From Camelus ferus (Eukaryota), in the NCBI RefSeq assembly GCF_009834535.1, contig NC_045702.1, forward strand, positions 32,984,001 through 33,048,000: a stretch of DNA of 64,000 nucleotides, written 5' to 3'. Shown in pieces: positions 13,650 to 26,703 of this stretch (positions are counted from its first letter, which is position 1; the number at the start of each line of letters is the position of its first letter). The translations under genes and the position numbers were made by a program. The notes under the pieces are model-generated. The model was not told the origin of the DNA. It worked only from the letters and a program-made list of their open reading frames with translations, and did no database searches.

Positions 13650-13674
13650 TTGCACCGGACTCCAGACCAGAGGA
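13650..13674 (-). other. LSMEM1: Candidate upstream LSMEM1 exon: the 3' part of a first exon or a 25-nt internal exon
   Basis: Donor AA|GTGAGT at 13649. It is preceded by a pyrimidine tract and AG (ttctgttcctgtttcttatAG, 13676-13675). It lies 3.9 kb upstream of the first coding exon. Confidence 0.55.
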
Positions 13675-15389
13675 CTATAAGAAACAGGAACAGAATAAGG
13701 ATGTGACAGTCTAACCAGGATGAGGGCAGATCACAGGACTCCTAGGGCTTCCAGTAGCTACAAAAGCAGACCGCATATGGGAGACTTTACAGCTACAGAC
13801 ACAGTGGCCCCACTGTTAGTGATGGAAGCACCTTATCTCAACTTTCTTTCCTTTTCAAAGGCTTTATTCTGTGAATTTTTATGCATCCTCCCTTCTCGGG
13901 AATCTCAAGCCTCTGATATAGTTCCCGCACACACATGCCAAGGAGTGTCTGCCCTCTGGTGTACACAAAAGAAGCTACAGTGAGGAGACAATCCCGCAAG
14001 CCCCCATCCCAGACCACAGGCCTGACAGCCCAGCAGGACACTAAGGGTTAAGTGGTAAACTGATCCGTGATCCTCTGTAATCCTACCTTCCATTGCCATG
14101 ACTAGATAGACATTATTCATCCTTGAAACACACTGCACTTCAATTAGAAAATGCTCTGCAAAATTCCTTTTACATCTGTATTCAGTATGGACCTCACTCT
14201 ACTTTGGGGGAAAGATTCATCTATACCTGAGGGCCAGTTCCTGAAGGAAGACAATGTAAGTAGTAACTATTTTCTCAGAAGCCCTTAATACCTTAAAAGC
14301 TATCCCAAATCTCTTGAAAAATGAAAATGTTTGTTAGCTCTTATTTTATCATGTTCAGTTTTAATCTCCCAACTATGTGAGCTGTTTCAACCCATCTATT
14401 CTTTGAAGAAATAAGAGCTTCATTTGGAACATTTACTACGTGTTTTTCTCTCTCCTATAACCTTACAACCCCACGAAGTATTAATGCCCACCCCTTCAGG
14501 GATGAGGGAAGTGGAGACTAAACAATTCCTCACACCAAAGTCTGAATTCAACTATATTTTACAGTGAGGAGGATGAGACTTTTTATGGCTTGACTGTTAG
14601 TTCTGGAGAATACTTAAAAGCAGAGCAAGGTAATCTACCTCATTTTATCTATTATGTACCTGAAAAGTCCACATCAAGAAGAGTTTTGGGTCACAAGAAG
14701 AAAACAGGTACTCTATTCTCACATAAACTGTTCAATCTGGGGAAACTGTCAAGTGTTTCTTGCTTTTTCTTTCAAATATTGTATCTCCTTCCCAGGAAAC
14801 TAAGCAAATGCCATCAAAGACTTGAGTCACAGAAGCCGACTGGTTCAAAATTAATGCTGGAACCTCACAATAAAACTTACTAGGCAGGGACCATTTCAAA
14901 TTCCTTTAAACCAGCAAAGTTAACCAAGAATCAAGGAAATGAATTGATCTACCATACGCCATTTTACTACTTTGAAGAAAGCTCAAGCATTCTTACACAC
15001 TGAATCCCCAGTAATCCTGTCTAGCAACTATCCATCAGTTTCATGAAGAAAAAGTCACACATCTATAAATTTAATATACAAATACTCACATTTCTTTTTT
15101 CCTCCTAAAATCCCAGGAAAAAAGGCAGAATAAGAAATTACAAAACCACAAGAATAAAAATTGGAGGAAACAATGCTGAGCAAAATTTCAACAAATGTAT
15201 TGAATATGGAGAGTGGTTTGTCCCCACCTGAGCAGACCTCCAGGGGACCATCACTGACGAGAGCGGTGACCAGCCCCGCAGAACTCAGGCAGGCTCAGGA
15301 CTGGAGGCAACAGTGAAGTATGAAGCTAAATACAGGTAGGTAATTTCATGTTAGCCAAAAATACAATAGAATAGTCAGATTGGAAAATC

Positions 15390-16480
15390 ATGTTACAGCA
15401 ATCTCCCAGAAAGAGAAAGAAATTAGTAAGAAAGAAAGAAGGCCAGATGCTCAATCCAGCAGCTTTGTTTTATCTCATGGAGTTCCAGAAAAATGTATGT
15501 GTGACCAAGGGGGTCAAACACTTAATACTTGCCAGATTGCTAGTCTACCAAAGCATAGTATCGTGCCCTTTTAGAACAGCAGAGACAAAGAGATTCAAAA
15601 GACAAAACAAACAAACAAAAAAATCAGAAATTAAATAACACTTTAATTAGAAGACAAAAGAACAATGCCTTCAAAATTCTGAATTTGGTTTTCTACCTAG
15701 GATTTTATATCCCAAGCCAAACTACTTTTCAGACATGTAATGTCTCAAAATAGCTGACCTCACACACACCCATTCCCAGAAGTTACTGAAGGAAGTGTTC
15801 CTTTCTTTAACAGGAAAGTAATCTAATAACAAAGACAGGGGTCTAGGAAATGTGGAATCCACCCTAAGGAAGGAAAACAAATCCCAGAATGATAAAGTCT
15901 CAGGAAACAGCTGTATACTCATATGAGAGAGAAATTAGTCTAGACTAAAACCAGAAACAGGTATCCTGTTGTGCTTTGACCATGTGGAAAATAGACTAAA
16001 GCAGCATCTTCCAAATGTATTTGGGACTATTTTGGAAGAATTAGTGATGTGTCTGTAAAACCAAGACAAGATGTCCTGTGAGAATGGAAACGTAAGCACA
16101 GTAAACTATCCAGTTCAGGAATGAAAAGAAATATGGTCACTACAAATCAGCATCATTGTTTGCATTAACAACAACAACAGAAAAAAAAAAAATAATGGGA
16201 GGAAAACAGAAAAGAAAAAAGGCAGAAATCTTCACCTATTGAATAGGAAGTCATCAGATGTCGAAAAATAATAAACTAAGAAGTAGCTGAATAAGCATAT
16301 TACTTCGAAACCTGAAACCAAGGTGCTAGGGAAAAACTAAAGGCTGAAATGAAATGCCTCCTGAGAGATTGGGAAGGATGGAGCAGGGAGCTAACTTCCT
16401 TATAAGCCTTAAAGTACTGTTAAACTATGTATATACATCTCTTTCATAAAAATTCATTTACTATTTTTAAATACTCATAT
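15390..16480 (+). mobile_element. Ancient L1ME/MC-like ORF1-region fragment between IFRD1 and LSMEM1
   Basis: AGAAGACAA...AATGCCTTCAAAATTCTG...CCTAG.ATTTTATA.CC motifs; boundaries approximate. Confidence 0.55.
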
Positions 16481-17619
16481 CTAAAACTGAAAAATTAGAG
16501 AAAAAAAAAGCCCTCTACTTGCAATCTCTTCTTCATGGTTCTAACCTACTTGGAATATAAAGAGGTGACAACACGCAATTCCAAGTTCGAGATTTCCAAG
16601 TCTGTTTTCCACTGTGCTGTGTCTGAGGGATGGGGCTCACACTCCCAGCAGCAGGAGAGACTCCACAGGCTGGCCAGCGATTTTCGACGAAGGGGGCACA
16701 TCAGACCTTCAGGTGTTGAAGATGTGGGAGAGGAAAGCTAGTTTAGAAAAAAAACCCTCTCTTGATTTTGGTCCTTATCTACATGCTTCTCCACCACTCT
16801 TATCACTGTTTTCTGCACTCATGTAAATAAATAAATCTATGAATTCTAGACTGCAGCTATTGCTTGTGCAATGTAATTTCCATATAAAGTTTAATAACGA
16901 AATCCTAATGCATTGTCAAAATGTTTACAACTTCTCATAAAGTAAAAAATTCACCTCATAGGGGCAACAACCAAGAAGCAATAGTCTTAAAAATGTCATT
17001 GGAATGCCAATGATATAGTTACATTTTTTTCATTTATTTTCATGTTTCCAAATATACAAAGTAAGTTGTTTCCACTCCTTCCCTACCCAGCTTGGTCATT
17101 TTGAACTCTGTACCTTCAACCCATAAATAATGTTTCTTCTATGAGAAAAGAAACACTTTTCATGTGAAAAGATCTTTATTTCAAAATAAAGAGCACAAGG
17201 TCTTCCACAGCAGATGAAATTAGTGTTACTGCCCTCAGAGGTCAAGGTTAGCAACCTTCTGGCGTATACCAATTCATCACGAACAACAGATGCTCTGAAT
17301 AGCCTTTAAGTGCAGCTGTAAGGTCTCATGGTATAATTCCCTTCGTTGATCCCAGTGACAAAATGATTAGGTTCCATTTAAAATTGAAAATAATAGCAGC
17401 TATTCAGGAGAACTAGCTCTCAAAATTGTATCCGAAACTCATTTGTCAAAGATCTTAAGTGAAACACCTCATGTATCTGTATCATCATAATCAATATTTC
17501 CGACAACCACAGCATAAGAAATTCAATCTTGGCTAATAGTTTTTCTCATCATGAAATCAAGTGAAATACTGTATTTTTGCCCTCTTCATAAATAGAGAAT
17601 AACCAAACATTACAAACAT

Positions 17620-17625
17620 TTTATT
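17620..17625 (-). terminator. IFRD1 proximal poly(A) signal AATAAA (further candidates at 17175-17180 and 17033-17038)
   Basis: TTTATT on the + strand ~210 nt past the stop codon. Confidence 0.65.
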
Positions 17626-17833
17626 CATGTTTACTGATTATATTTACAGAGAATATTCAATAATCAGAACTTGCCATTTGCAATACTATACATTAAATTA
17701 TAATATAACCCCCTCTACAAAAGCTATCTGTTGACCCATGATAAAAACTAACTCTAGAGTTTAAATACATTAGAAATTACAAAAAAAAAAAAAAAAAAAA
17801 GGGAACAGAAAGTGGTCTTCAAATGCTAAAAAT

Positions 17834-17923
17834 CTAGAAGAATTCTCCAACATCTGCTCTCTTATCTCGACATTTACTTCGAGCTTTCGTTCGAGCTTTG
17901 AAGGCTGCAGAATTATATAAATG
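17834..17923 (-). CDS. IFRD1: IFRD1 exon 12 coding part (HLYNSAAFKARTKARSKCRDKRADVGEFF*)
   Basis: 90 nt ending in TAG at 17836-17834; acceptor AG at 17925-17924. Confidence 0.97.
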   Translation of the reverse strand, partial: HLYNSAAFKARTKARSKCRDKRADVGEFF

Positions 17924-18539
17924 CTGAAATGAAGAAAAGAAAAATATATGTGAGCCATTAAGGCTTAATATATTCTTATAGTTAAAAAAAAAGGTAAATA
18001 AAAAAAAACACAAAGGAAGGAAATTAACTAATTTGACCCTATAAATATTTTAAATGTTTGTAAGACACACACAAAGAATGAGGGGGAAAATTAACACATA
18101 ATAGTTCATGGCTATTCTGTATTAAGAAAAAATAATTAAGTACATAAAAAACAAGAAAATTGCAGCAAAAAGTTTTTAAAAGTGCATCATTTAATCCAAT
18201 CAAGGAAAAGACAAATCATGAATTAATGTGAACAAAATACTCAACTTTGTTGTTTAATTAAAATAACAAGAAAAAAATGACAAGATTTCATTCAAAATTT
18301 TAAAATTATAAAACGCAATGCTGTCAAATGACTAACTTTGAAAGGTAATATGGCAATACATATCAAAAAATCCTAATTCAGCTCTGTAGTCCCATGCGAG
18401 GATTTCTTCCAAAAAAAAATTCACAAGTGAAATGTATGTAAAAATATTAATGTTTATTAAAACCAGTTTTAAAATATCCAACAATCAATTATATGGCCAT
18501 AAAATGATTATTAAATATAAAGATCCTACAAAAAATATA

Positions 18540-19275
18540 ATTGAGCAATTCACACCCACTAGGATGGCTATAATTTAAAACAAAAAATAAAAAAGTGTTG
18601 TTAAAGATGTCAAAATCTGAACTCTTATACTGCTGGTAGGAATGTAAAATGGTGCGGTCGCTGTAGAAAACAGTTTAGAGGACCCTTAAAAACTTAAACA
18701 CAGAATTACCACATGAGACTGAGCAACTCCATTCCTAGGTATGTACCTAAAAGAATCGAAAACAGGTGCTCTAACAAAAAGTTGTACATATGTTTTAATA
18801 GCAGCACTATTTATAAGGGCCAAAATGTGGAAACAAGCCAAAAATCCACCAACTTATGAACAGATAAACATGGTGTATGCATACGGTGGAGTATTACTCA
18901 GCCACTAAAAGGAACGAAGTACTGACACACATTACAACATAGACAAACCTTGGCAACATTATACTAAGTGGAAACAGTCAGTCACAAAAGGTCACGTTAC
19001 ATGATTCTATGTATGTGAAATATCCAGAGGAGGAAAAATCCACACAGAATGCACATTAGTGACTGCCAGCAGCTGGGGGGAGGGAGGGGAGGGGAGAGGA
19101 ATGGAGAGTTAANNNNNNNNNNNNNNNNNNNNNNNNNNNNNNNNNNNNNNNNNNNNNNNNNNNNNNNNNNNNNNNNNNNNNNNNNNNNNNNNNNNNNNNN
19201 NNNNNNNNNNNNNNNNNNNNNNNNNNNNNNNNNNNNNNNNNNNNCTATGTGAATTCTACCTCAGAAAAAAAATAA
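18540..19275 (+). mobile_element. Old L1MB-like ORF2 end and 3'UTR in IFRD1 intron 11 (contains N run 19113-19244)
   Basis: CACACCCACTAGGATGGCTATAAT, CAACTCCATTCCTAGGTAT, AAAAGGAACGAAGTACTGA; boundaries approximate. Confidence 0.75.
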
Positions 19276-19702
19276 AAATATAATTAAGAATTTTTGAAAT
19301 GTTCAATGAAAATAATCACTATTTAATGTTAGAAATTCTCTGAGCTCATTTGCTTCCTCATTTGTAAAATGAATCTGGTACTTACTAAGAGGGCTCACAG
19401 TTACCTGGTATGAAAGAAGCACTGTGTAAATATTTATTCTTAAATATATAAACTTCATAGAATAAAAGGAAACAAAAAATGAAAATAACTTCTATGTTAA
19501 TAGGATTATACATAAAAATTTTTCATCATAACCCTCCGTACTCTAAACGCAGTCAAATTTCTATACTTTTAGTACAGCTATTCTGGATCTGCAACATCAC
19601 CAAGAAACAAAACTCCACAGACAACAGCTTGGCAGAATCAAACCTTTGGCTCCACTTTTCTCTGGTGCATTTAGTTCTACTGAAAACAAAAACAAAACCT
19701 AC

Positions 19703-19798
19703 CCTTTCAAAACGAGAAATCTTCATCGTTTTAAGCGTTGCAGCATCAACCATCACCGGGGGTCCAAGTTCGAAAACATTGCGAAGGAATTCATTTGA
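19703..19798 (-). CDS. IFRD1: IFRD1 exon 11 (SNEFLRNVFELGPPVMVDAATLKTMKISRFER)
   Basis: 96 nt, phase 0/0; donor GTAGGT at 19702. Confidence 0.97.
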
Positions 19799-20238
19799 CT
19801 TAAATGAAAGAAAAAGGTAATGAGGCTAAGTATTAAATATCAGCTCTTTTTTCATTAAAGTGAAATGTGATTAACAGGAGTTACATGGAGCTTATAAATA
19901 TGAACTGAAGTCATTTATTTTCTGTTTCTCATAAGACCAAATTGTTTTCCAATGCCCTGAATTCAAGAAAGCTATGTCAAACTATTTGCTTTCATACAAA
20001 GATTATCAGTGGGGTTCCAACAACCATATAAATGCTTCACAGACTTACACAATACAAAAACAAAAAGAATAGTTTCATATTTACTCAATTTAACTTTCAA
20101 AATTAAATTTACTATTTTGTATATCATGCTGAAAATATATAAAGTAAAGCTTTATAGTAAAACTAACTTCAAAAACCAATTAAATGAGGTACATTCAAAA
20201 CTGCTCCCTAATTTAAAAGCAAACATACAGAAAGGATG

Positions 20239-20394
20239 NNNNNNNNNNNNNNNNNNNNNNNNNNNNNNNNNNNNNNNNNNNNNNNNNNNNNNNNNNNNNN
20301 NNNNNNNNNNNNNNNNNNNNNNNNNNNNNNNNNNNNNNNNNNNNNNNNNNNNNNNNNNNNNNNNNNNNNNNNNNNNNNNNNNNNNNNNNNNNNN
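20239..20394 (-). CDS. IFRD1: IFRD1 exon 10, inferred inside the N run (expected 129 nt, ERDFPTET...QYHLQ); exact boundaries not visible
   Basis: I found no match to the expected exon in the called bases between exons 9 and 11. The 156-nt gap sits ~440 nt upstream of the exon 11 acceptor and is large enough for 129 nt plus splice flanks. Inference only. Confidence 0.75.
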
Positions 20395-21260
20395 ACAAAT
20401 ACTCTGAGGAACTAAAATGATCTAAAATAACACATGCTGAAATGAACAATATGGTGTAAACCAACACCTCCATCCCTGAGATATGAAGAGACTAGAAAGT
20501 GGCAGTACTATCCTACACATAAGGGTGCAGAATTTCTCTAGTAGTGGTAGACTTGAAGGCACAACTAAGTATGGATAAATATTAATGACAAAACTACATT
20601 GTTGTAAATGTTTTTAAACGTCAAGAGCACTCAACAAACCAAGGCAGGGGGTGAAGTCAGATATCTACACTGGTCTAGGATTGGCAGAGGTGGGGGAGAA
20701 GGCTGCAGGACAAGTCAGAAAGACAAGATGCCCCCACAAGCCAGTGGTGGAATTGGGGGAAGCAGAAATATACAAAAGGAAGTGAAGATAAATGGGGTTA
20801 AGAGGCCAGCCACAAAGGAGGATGAGTAACTAGAGGGCTCCCAGGGCCTAAGAGGAGTCTTATTAGGAAAATGAGAGGTAACATTTGAGTTTAAGATTTC
20901 AGAGATGAAACAAGTTTGCTGGAAGATAATTTCTAAAGTATAACCATGGAAGCGGGCCCAAGCGAAATGAAAATAAAGGTCACTGGAACAAATACAGGAT
21001 AGGGTTTTCCAGACAGAGAAGTCATTCAGAATGGTGACAACTTGAGACAAAAAAAAAAAAAAAGGCTTCTCTTTTCTTTCTTTGACAAACGATGAATATA
21101 GAAGAGTAACCAAGAAGGGAATGGGTGATCTCCACAGGGACCATAGAAAGAAAGTGACAGAACTTAAAGGGGCAAGACCACTCCAATGGCCTTCCCCACA
21201 TCTGCCTAGCCCCCTTCTCTCTCAGCACACAGTCTGACGTAGTAGGAAAGACGGTGAAAT

Positions 21261-21288
21261 CCAGATGTAACTCCAGATGTAACTCCAG
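21261..21288. repeat. 12-bp tandem duplication CCAGATGTAACT x2
   Basis: Read directly from the sequence. Confidence 0.9.
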
Positions 21289-22407
21289 GGATGGTCCACT
21301 CCCTGGCTTGTGACTCTGGCAAGTAACTGAACCTCTGTGGCCCTGTTCCCTTGCCTCTAAGACAGGGATACCTATACCTATAAGCAGAGATTTACTAGAG
21401 GTGTAAGATGACATGTCTGTGAAGCACATACAGTGCCCGGTCTGTTACAACAGCTCAAAAAGAACAGTAAGATTCTATGACTTCAGTCTTCCATATTTCA
21501 GAAAACACTGAAGACATGTCTCAGGGCAGAGAAGGAACAGAAATCCTGAGATGAAGAGGGGAGGCGGGGTGAGGCCTGGAGGGAGATCACTAGAGGACAG
21601 GATGGCGAGGCAGAGGGCTTTCATTTTTTGCAGTGCCTGGCGGAGCGGTTGGGGTGAGGAGACCAGTGGCCCGTTAAGGCCGGTGCACACTGGGAGTCAC
21701 TCGTATCTTTCTCAGCAGAATCAGTGGTGTGGGCTGTGGCTGGCCCGGGCTGAGGGGCTTGTCAACGGCATCTGCTGGGTCCCACTGACTCTTAAAGTCT
21801 ATTATGCAGAGAGGATGCATTAAGGCAGAAAATCTGAAATCGGGTCTAATCCAGGAAATCTAGGACATGTCAACATTTTACCTTTTGGAGGCTATAGTGT
21901 GCAAATGTAGGAGTAGTTTATACTTAAGAAAATGGCTTCCTTAATTTGGGGATACTGCCATACTATTTATAAGACCAATAAGATCAGTGCTTAGTATGCA
22001 TGTCTGTCTGCTCAAGTTAGGGGTTTTTTTGTTTGTTTTTTAGATGGTAACATCCAAAGAAAATATAAAAGATTAACGTAAGACAATTAGAGTCAACACT
22101 GACCAAAAATTTAGATCCAAGAGGACCTCTATATTAATTTATATCCTAGGTTTTATTATTTTTTTTAATGTAAATTAAAATGAAGAAAGTAGTTCTTAAG
22201 CAGGCTACATATGAGAATCACTGAAACACTACAAAACTGGATCTGAGTGGGGCCTTAGCATCTCTATTTTTTTTAATACCCATTCTAAAATTTCATACAC
22301 ACATCAGATTAAATGACTCTGTGGCAATATTCTTAAAAGCACCGCCCTATAAGACAGCATTAACCTGAGAAATTTATCCTTTACATCCAAGAAATATTTT
22401 TACCTAG

Positions 22408-22441
<34 letters not shown>

Positions 22442-22458
22442 ACACACACACACACACA
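22408..22458. repeat. (AC)n microsatellite, ~25 units with one AT interruption, IFRD1 intron 9
   Basis: Read directly from the sequence. Confidence 0.97.
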
Positions 22459-23075
22459 AATTGTTAAAGATTTTGGTATGCTCCACAGTAATACTGCCCT
22501 TATCCTACAGTTCATTTTAACCATGCATTCTAACCCTTGAAGATTTCTAAATCAATTTATTTGCCAAGTGGACCAAAGAAGGTTAGGGAACTATAGAAGG
22601 GATTCAAGCATCAGATAATGATTTTTCAGTGACCCTGTTAAAACGGCAGGTTTTGTAATTTCAGTTTTCAGCACCTAGTCTTCCCAGGGAGATCACAAGG
22701 TCTTTGCTTTAAAGTACTGAGGGGTAGGCAATAATTGACTGTTTATAAAAAAACACTACACTGAGTATGTATGTGCTATTAAGCAGCACTGCTTTGATGA
22801 TGGCAAGTACACCAAGATGAAATATATTTCTATCACTATAAATCTTTTTTAAAGTTTTCAACCTAAAGAAAGAGTACCTTTGTAACATCAGAATTGAATT
22901 TTCCTTTGTTAAAAAAGTCTTCATTTTTGTTGTTAAAAGCCTGCTCAGTCTTAAAAATGAGGAAATGATTTTGGTCAAAAGTGAAGTTCAATCAGCAGAA
23001 TTACCCATTTGTCAAGTTTGGCCTGAAACAATCTAGTTTCAAAATGAATAGCTAGTCCAGCATTAAAAGGCCTAC

Positions 23076-23210
23076 CTCCACCGCCCTCAGGATGTCTCTG
23101 AACACCGACCGCTGCTTCCTCTTGTCCACTTTGGCCCGGTGCTTATTTCCATCTGTAGCCAAAGCCCTAAGCATCTGAGTCAAAGACTCCATGTCTTCAT
23201 AAAAAAAGTC
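23076..23210 (-). CDS. IFRD1: IFRD1 exon 9 (DFFYEDMESLTQMLRALATDGNKHRAKVDKRKQRSVFRDILRAVE)
   Basis: 135 nt; lies in ORF 23052-23291; donor GTAGGC at 23075. Confidence 0.97.
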
Positions 23211-24674
23211 CTGGTCAGGAAAAAAACAATTTACTTTCACTTGCTGTTTTTTCGCCCCAATCTCTTCTAGAGCTAACAAAGAACAATCCACTTTGGAAAA
23301 TATTCAGCAGAGCTGCACAGAGCAATACAAATCTTTGAGCTATTTAGAGATCTTGGCACAGACGCACATATAAATACATATTATCATGCAAAAATTTAAT
23401 CCAGAAGTGCTGCCTACAAGATGATACACCCCAAATGATGAACATTCCCCTTCCAAGTATATCCAGATGCATCAACAAGTGCTTACAGTGCTCCCACCAT
23501 ATTCAAGACAATACTGGGATTTCAAAGTTCAGTGACAGTCAGATAGACACAAAGCATTACAGCTTCTATCTGTCCTCCAGTTCCCCAGCCCCCAAAGCAC
23601 ATATTCCCCAAATGCTAAAAATTCTTATTCCAGAAAGGGCAAGCTTTCAGTAATGCTTTCTAAAGCACCTAATTTCTAATTGACTGGCCATATTTAGAAT
23701 AAGCAACCAGATATTTATATCAGGTACACAACTCAAGTGATTAAATTATTCAAGAAAGGAAGGTATTTAATCACTTTTGGAGGGAAGCCACAAAATGTAT
23801 TACTATTTGCTAAGACCTTGACTGTGGGCTTCCTTGATATAGTTTAAGTGGCTATACTTTTAAGAAGTCTCTTTATTTTGGGTGTTTTTACTCTCTAATT
23901 ACATTTTACAACCACATTAAAAACTAAAAGATGATTCAAAGTTATTTAGCTGACCAAAACTAGTGCAGACACTTATAGAAGCAAGATGGTGAGCTATCTC
24001 CAGTTCTGATTATTAATGCCTATTAAACAATTTTTGCATTGGTGATAATAATCATTTAACTTGTTCTGTTAAAACAAGCAGCTCTTATTGTGGGCATTCT
24101 TCACATTGTATATGTAATTGTTCAGTCTCAAAAAGTATAAATGTAATTTCTTTTAATGCCTAAAAATGAAAAGGTTTATTACAGTCATGGAAAATAAGCT
24201 TGAAATTAACACAAATATTCTTTTAGGTACATAAGTACATATTTGCTTACTGTCAATATTTTAGAGATTGTACATTTTTAACTTTCTAACAAATGTTCTC
24301 TTCAAATGCTGTAATTCAACTTCCTATGTCTGAGTTAGCTGGAGATAATACCAGTTAATAAGATTTTCATCTAGAAAAGCAATTACCAAAGCTGATGAGG
24401 TATTAAAACAGTCCAGCGTTATGTTGATCTCTACATTTAAATTCCAATAAATGTGATTCCATCATAATAAAATGGGAAATCATTTTACTAGTAGAAACAA
24501 GTACATTTCAGGGACTGGCAGCTTCCTATTCATTTCACTGACTACTTACTCTTCTCTGTTATTCTCCAAAAAAAAAGTTATGGAAGTTTTAAAAACATAT
24601 ATAGAAGAATATAACTAAAATTAACAAGATGATGTGCATTATCTTAATTTGTTCTAAGCACTGAGAACCACTGC

Positions 24675-24931
24675 CAGTAATTCTCAACAATCTTACCTCC
24701 CAGAGGACCTCTGACTATATCTGGAGACATTTTTGGTTGTCACTATCTGCCAGGAGGTACTCATGGCATCTACTAGGTGGAAGCCAGGGACTCTGCTAAA
24801 CGTCTTAGTATATGTGCTGCCAAAGAGAGCTCAACGCTGCTAAACATCTTAAAATGTACAAGACAGCACCCCACCTCCAACAAAAATTACCCAGCCCAAT
24901 GTAGTAAGAGTGCTGAAGTTGAGACACCCCA
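24675..24931 (+). mobile_element. MER20-like hAT-Charlie element
   Basis: CAGT..TTCTCAA start, CTGGAGACATTTTTGGTTGTCAC core, GTTGAGA.ACCC end. Confidence 0.75.
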
Positions 24932-26703
24932 CAGTAAATGATCTTAGCAATCAATAAAACTTGATCTAGTTTAGAGAGTCTGAATCACTGAGTTCAGTAT
25001 AGTACTTATGAAAATAAATATTAAATACTATAGGGAAATGTCTCCATTAAGTGCTTGTACGTTAAAAAGAAAACAGAAAATATGACAAAAATAGTTCAAT
25101 AGAATCCAAAAGCCAATTTACTGGACTTTCGGATAACTGTGCAGTAAAACTGTAAATGAAATGAAAAATGGACTCTTAGAGGTACAAATAAATATCTTAA
25201 CTCTTCTCAACAATGAAAAAAAAAACTACGTAGTCATTACTACATGAAAGGGTCAAAAGTCCTGGATCAGAATTCTCAAATCTACTAGTCACTACACCAA
25301 GTTTTAAAAATTATGAAACTTTTTTGTCACTTGTAAAATGAAAGTATCCACTCTCCCACACGACAGTTTTAAGGATTAAATAAGATGGTAAATATAAATT
25401 CGCCCAATAAATTATGAAGCATAAACTATTATATCAATATTCTAGACTTAGAAGAATTTATACGGAATTGGACTTTAAAAAAAAATCAGTGTAGCAATTA
25501 CACCTACATGAGGAAGTTTACTGTCATACAAAACATAGGTTTTGCAGTCAGAATATCTAGGTTTGAATCATAAACATCTATTATTTAGATATATATAACC
25601 TTGGACATAATTACATTAGCAATTTGTGCCTCAGGTTCCTCTTACATAAAACGGGATAGTTAATACCACCCAGGTCTCATAGGTTTATTGCAAGGACTAA
25701 GTAAAATATATTTATGTATTTTTAAAATATATGAAACATAGTACATAAACATCCATTATGCTAAAGATCTCTTATGATATAGCTTGTTTCAGCCTAACAA
25801 TATAAATGTGACAAACAGGTCAGCTAAGATAATTATTTCATACAAAATAACAGCTATAAGAAGTTAAATGGCTTCAAAAGCTGAATGGAATGAGGATGAA
25901 ATGAGACCACAGAAAACTTCTGGAAGAGTTTAAACACAGGGTAAGATACTTAAGGTCACAAAAATCATCCCCCCAATATACAAGTCATTGGAGCACTGAC
26001 TGTAAACAAAATGAAATAAGCTAAGTCTTGGATGGCTATCCTGGGTGTCAAGAAATAATCATAGGAAAGCCTAACATTGAAACAGATTTTGAACCCTCCC
26101 CAGTTCACTGCAAAGTGCTGACTATTATTTCTAGAATGGTTTTATCTGACTCTGCTCAGCTACAAAGACGTCTGTTCTTTTCATTCCCTGCTAACTGAGG
26201 CAGATTGTCTCTGTCAAGGTACGGAAACACTTTTAATGGGTCAGTTATCCTACAAACAACGGCAAGAAATAAATGAGAGGCACGTGGAGTTGCCCTCTCT
26301 AGAAATATAAAATCTAAGTCATTTATGATTTAGGACCAAGGACCGTGCTGTTAGTCTTTGGATTTTCTTTTCTTCTTTCCTGCTGTGTCTCTGTCCTGTA
26401 GCACTGTCCCTGTCAGGTTGGGTGGGATGTGGGAGAGGGCAAACTGAGGAAGGTCTGATTCTACTATATTTTGGCATATTTTCCTGAATTGGCCCATAGA
26501 CCTATAATTCCATCTACTAGTCTGTCTTAGCTTGTTACCCTAGAGAGCTCCTAAAAGGCCACTACTAGCCTACTAGCAAGGCGGAGGAAATACACAATTC
26601 AGCCAACAGTACAGAATAGCTCCCACTTAGACTGTGCGCATGTGCTCCCAACAACCCTTTGAGCTAGTGACTATTATTTTCTCCATTTTAAAGATAAGGA
26701 TAC

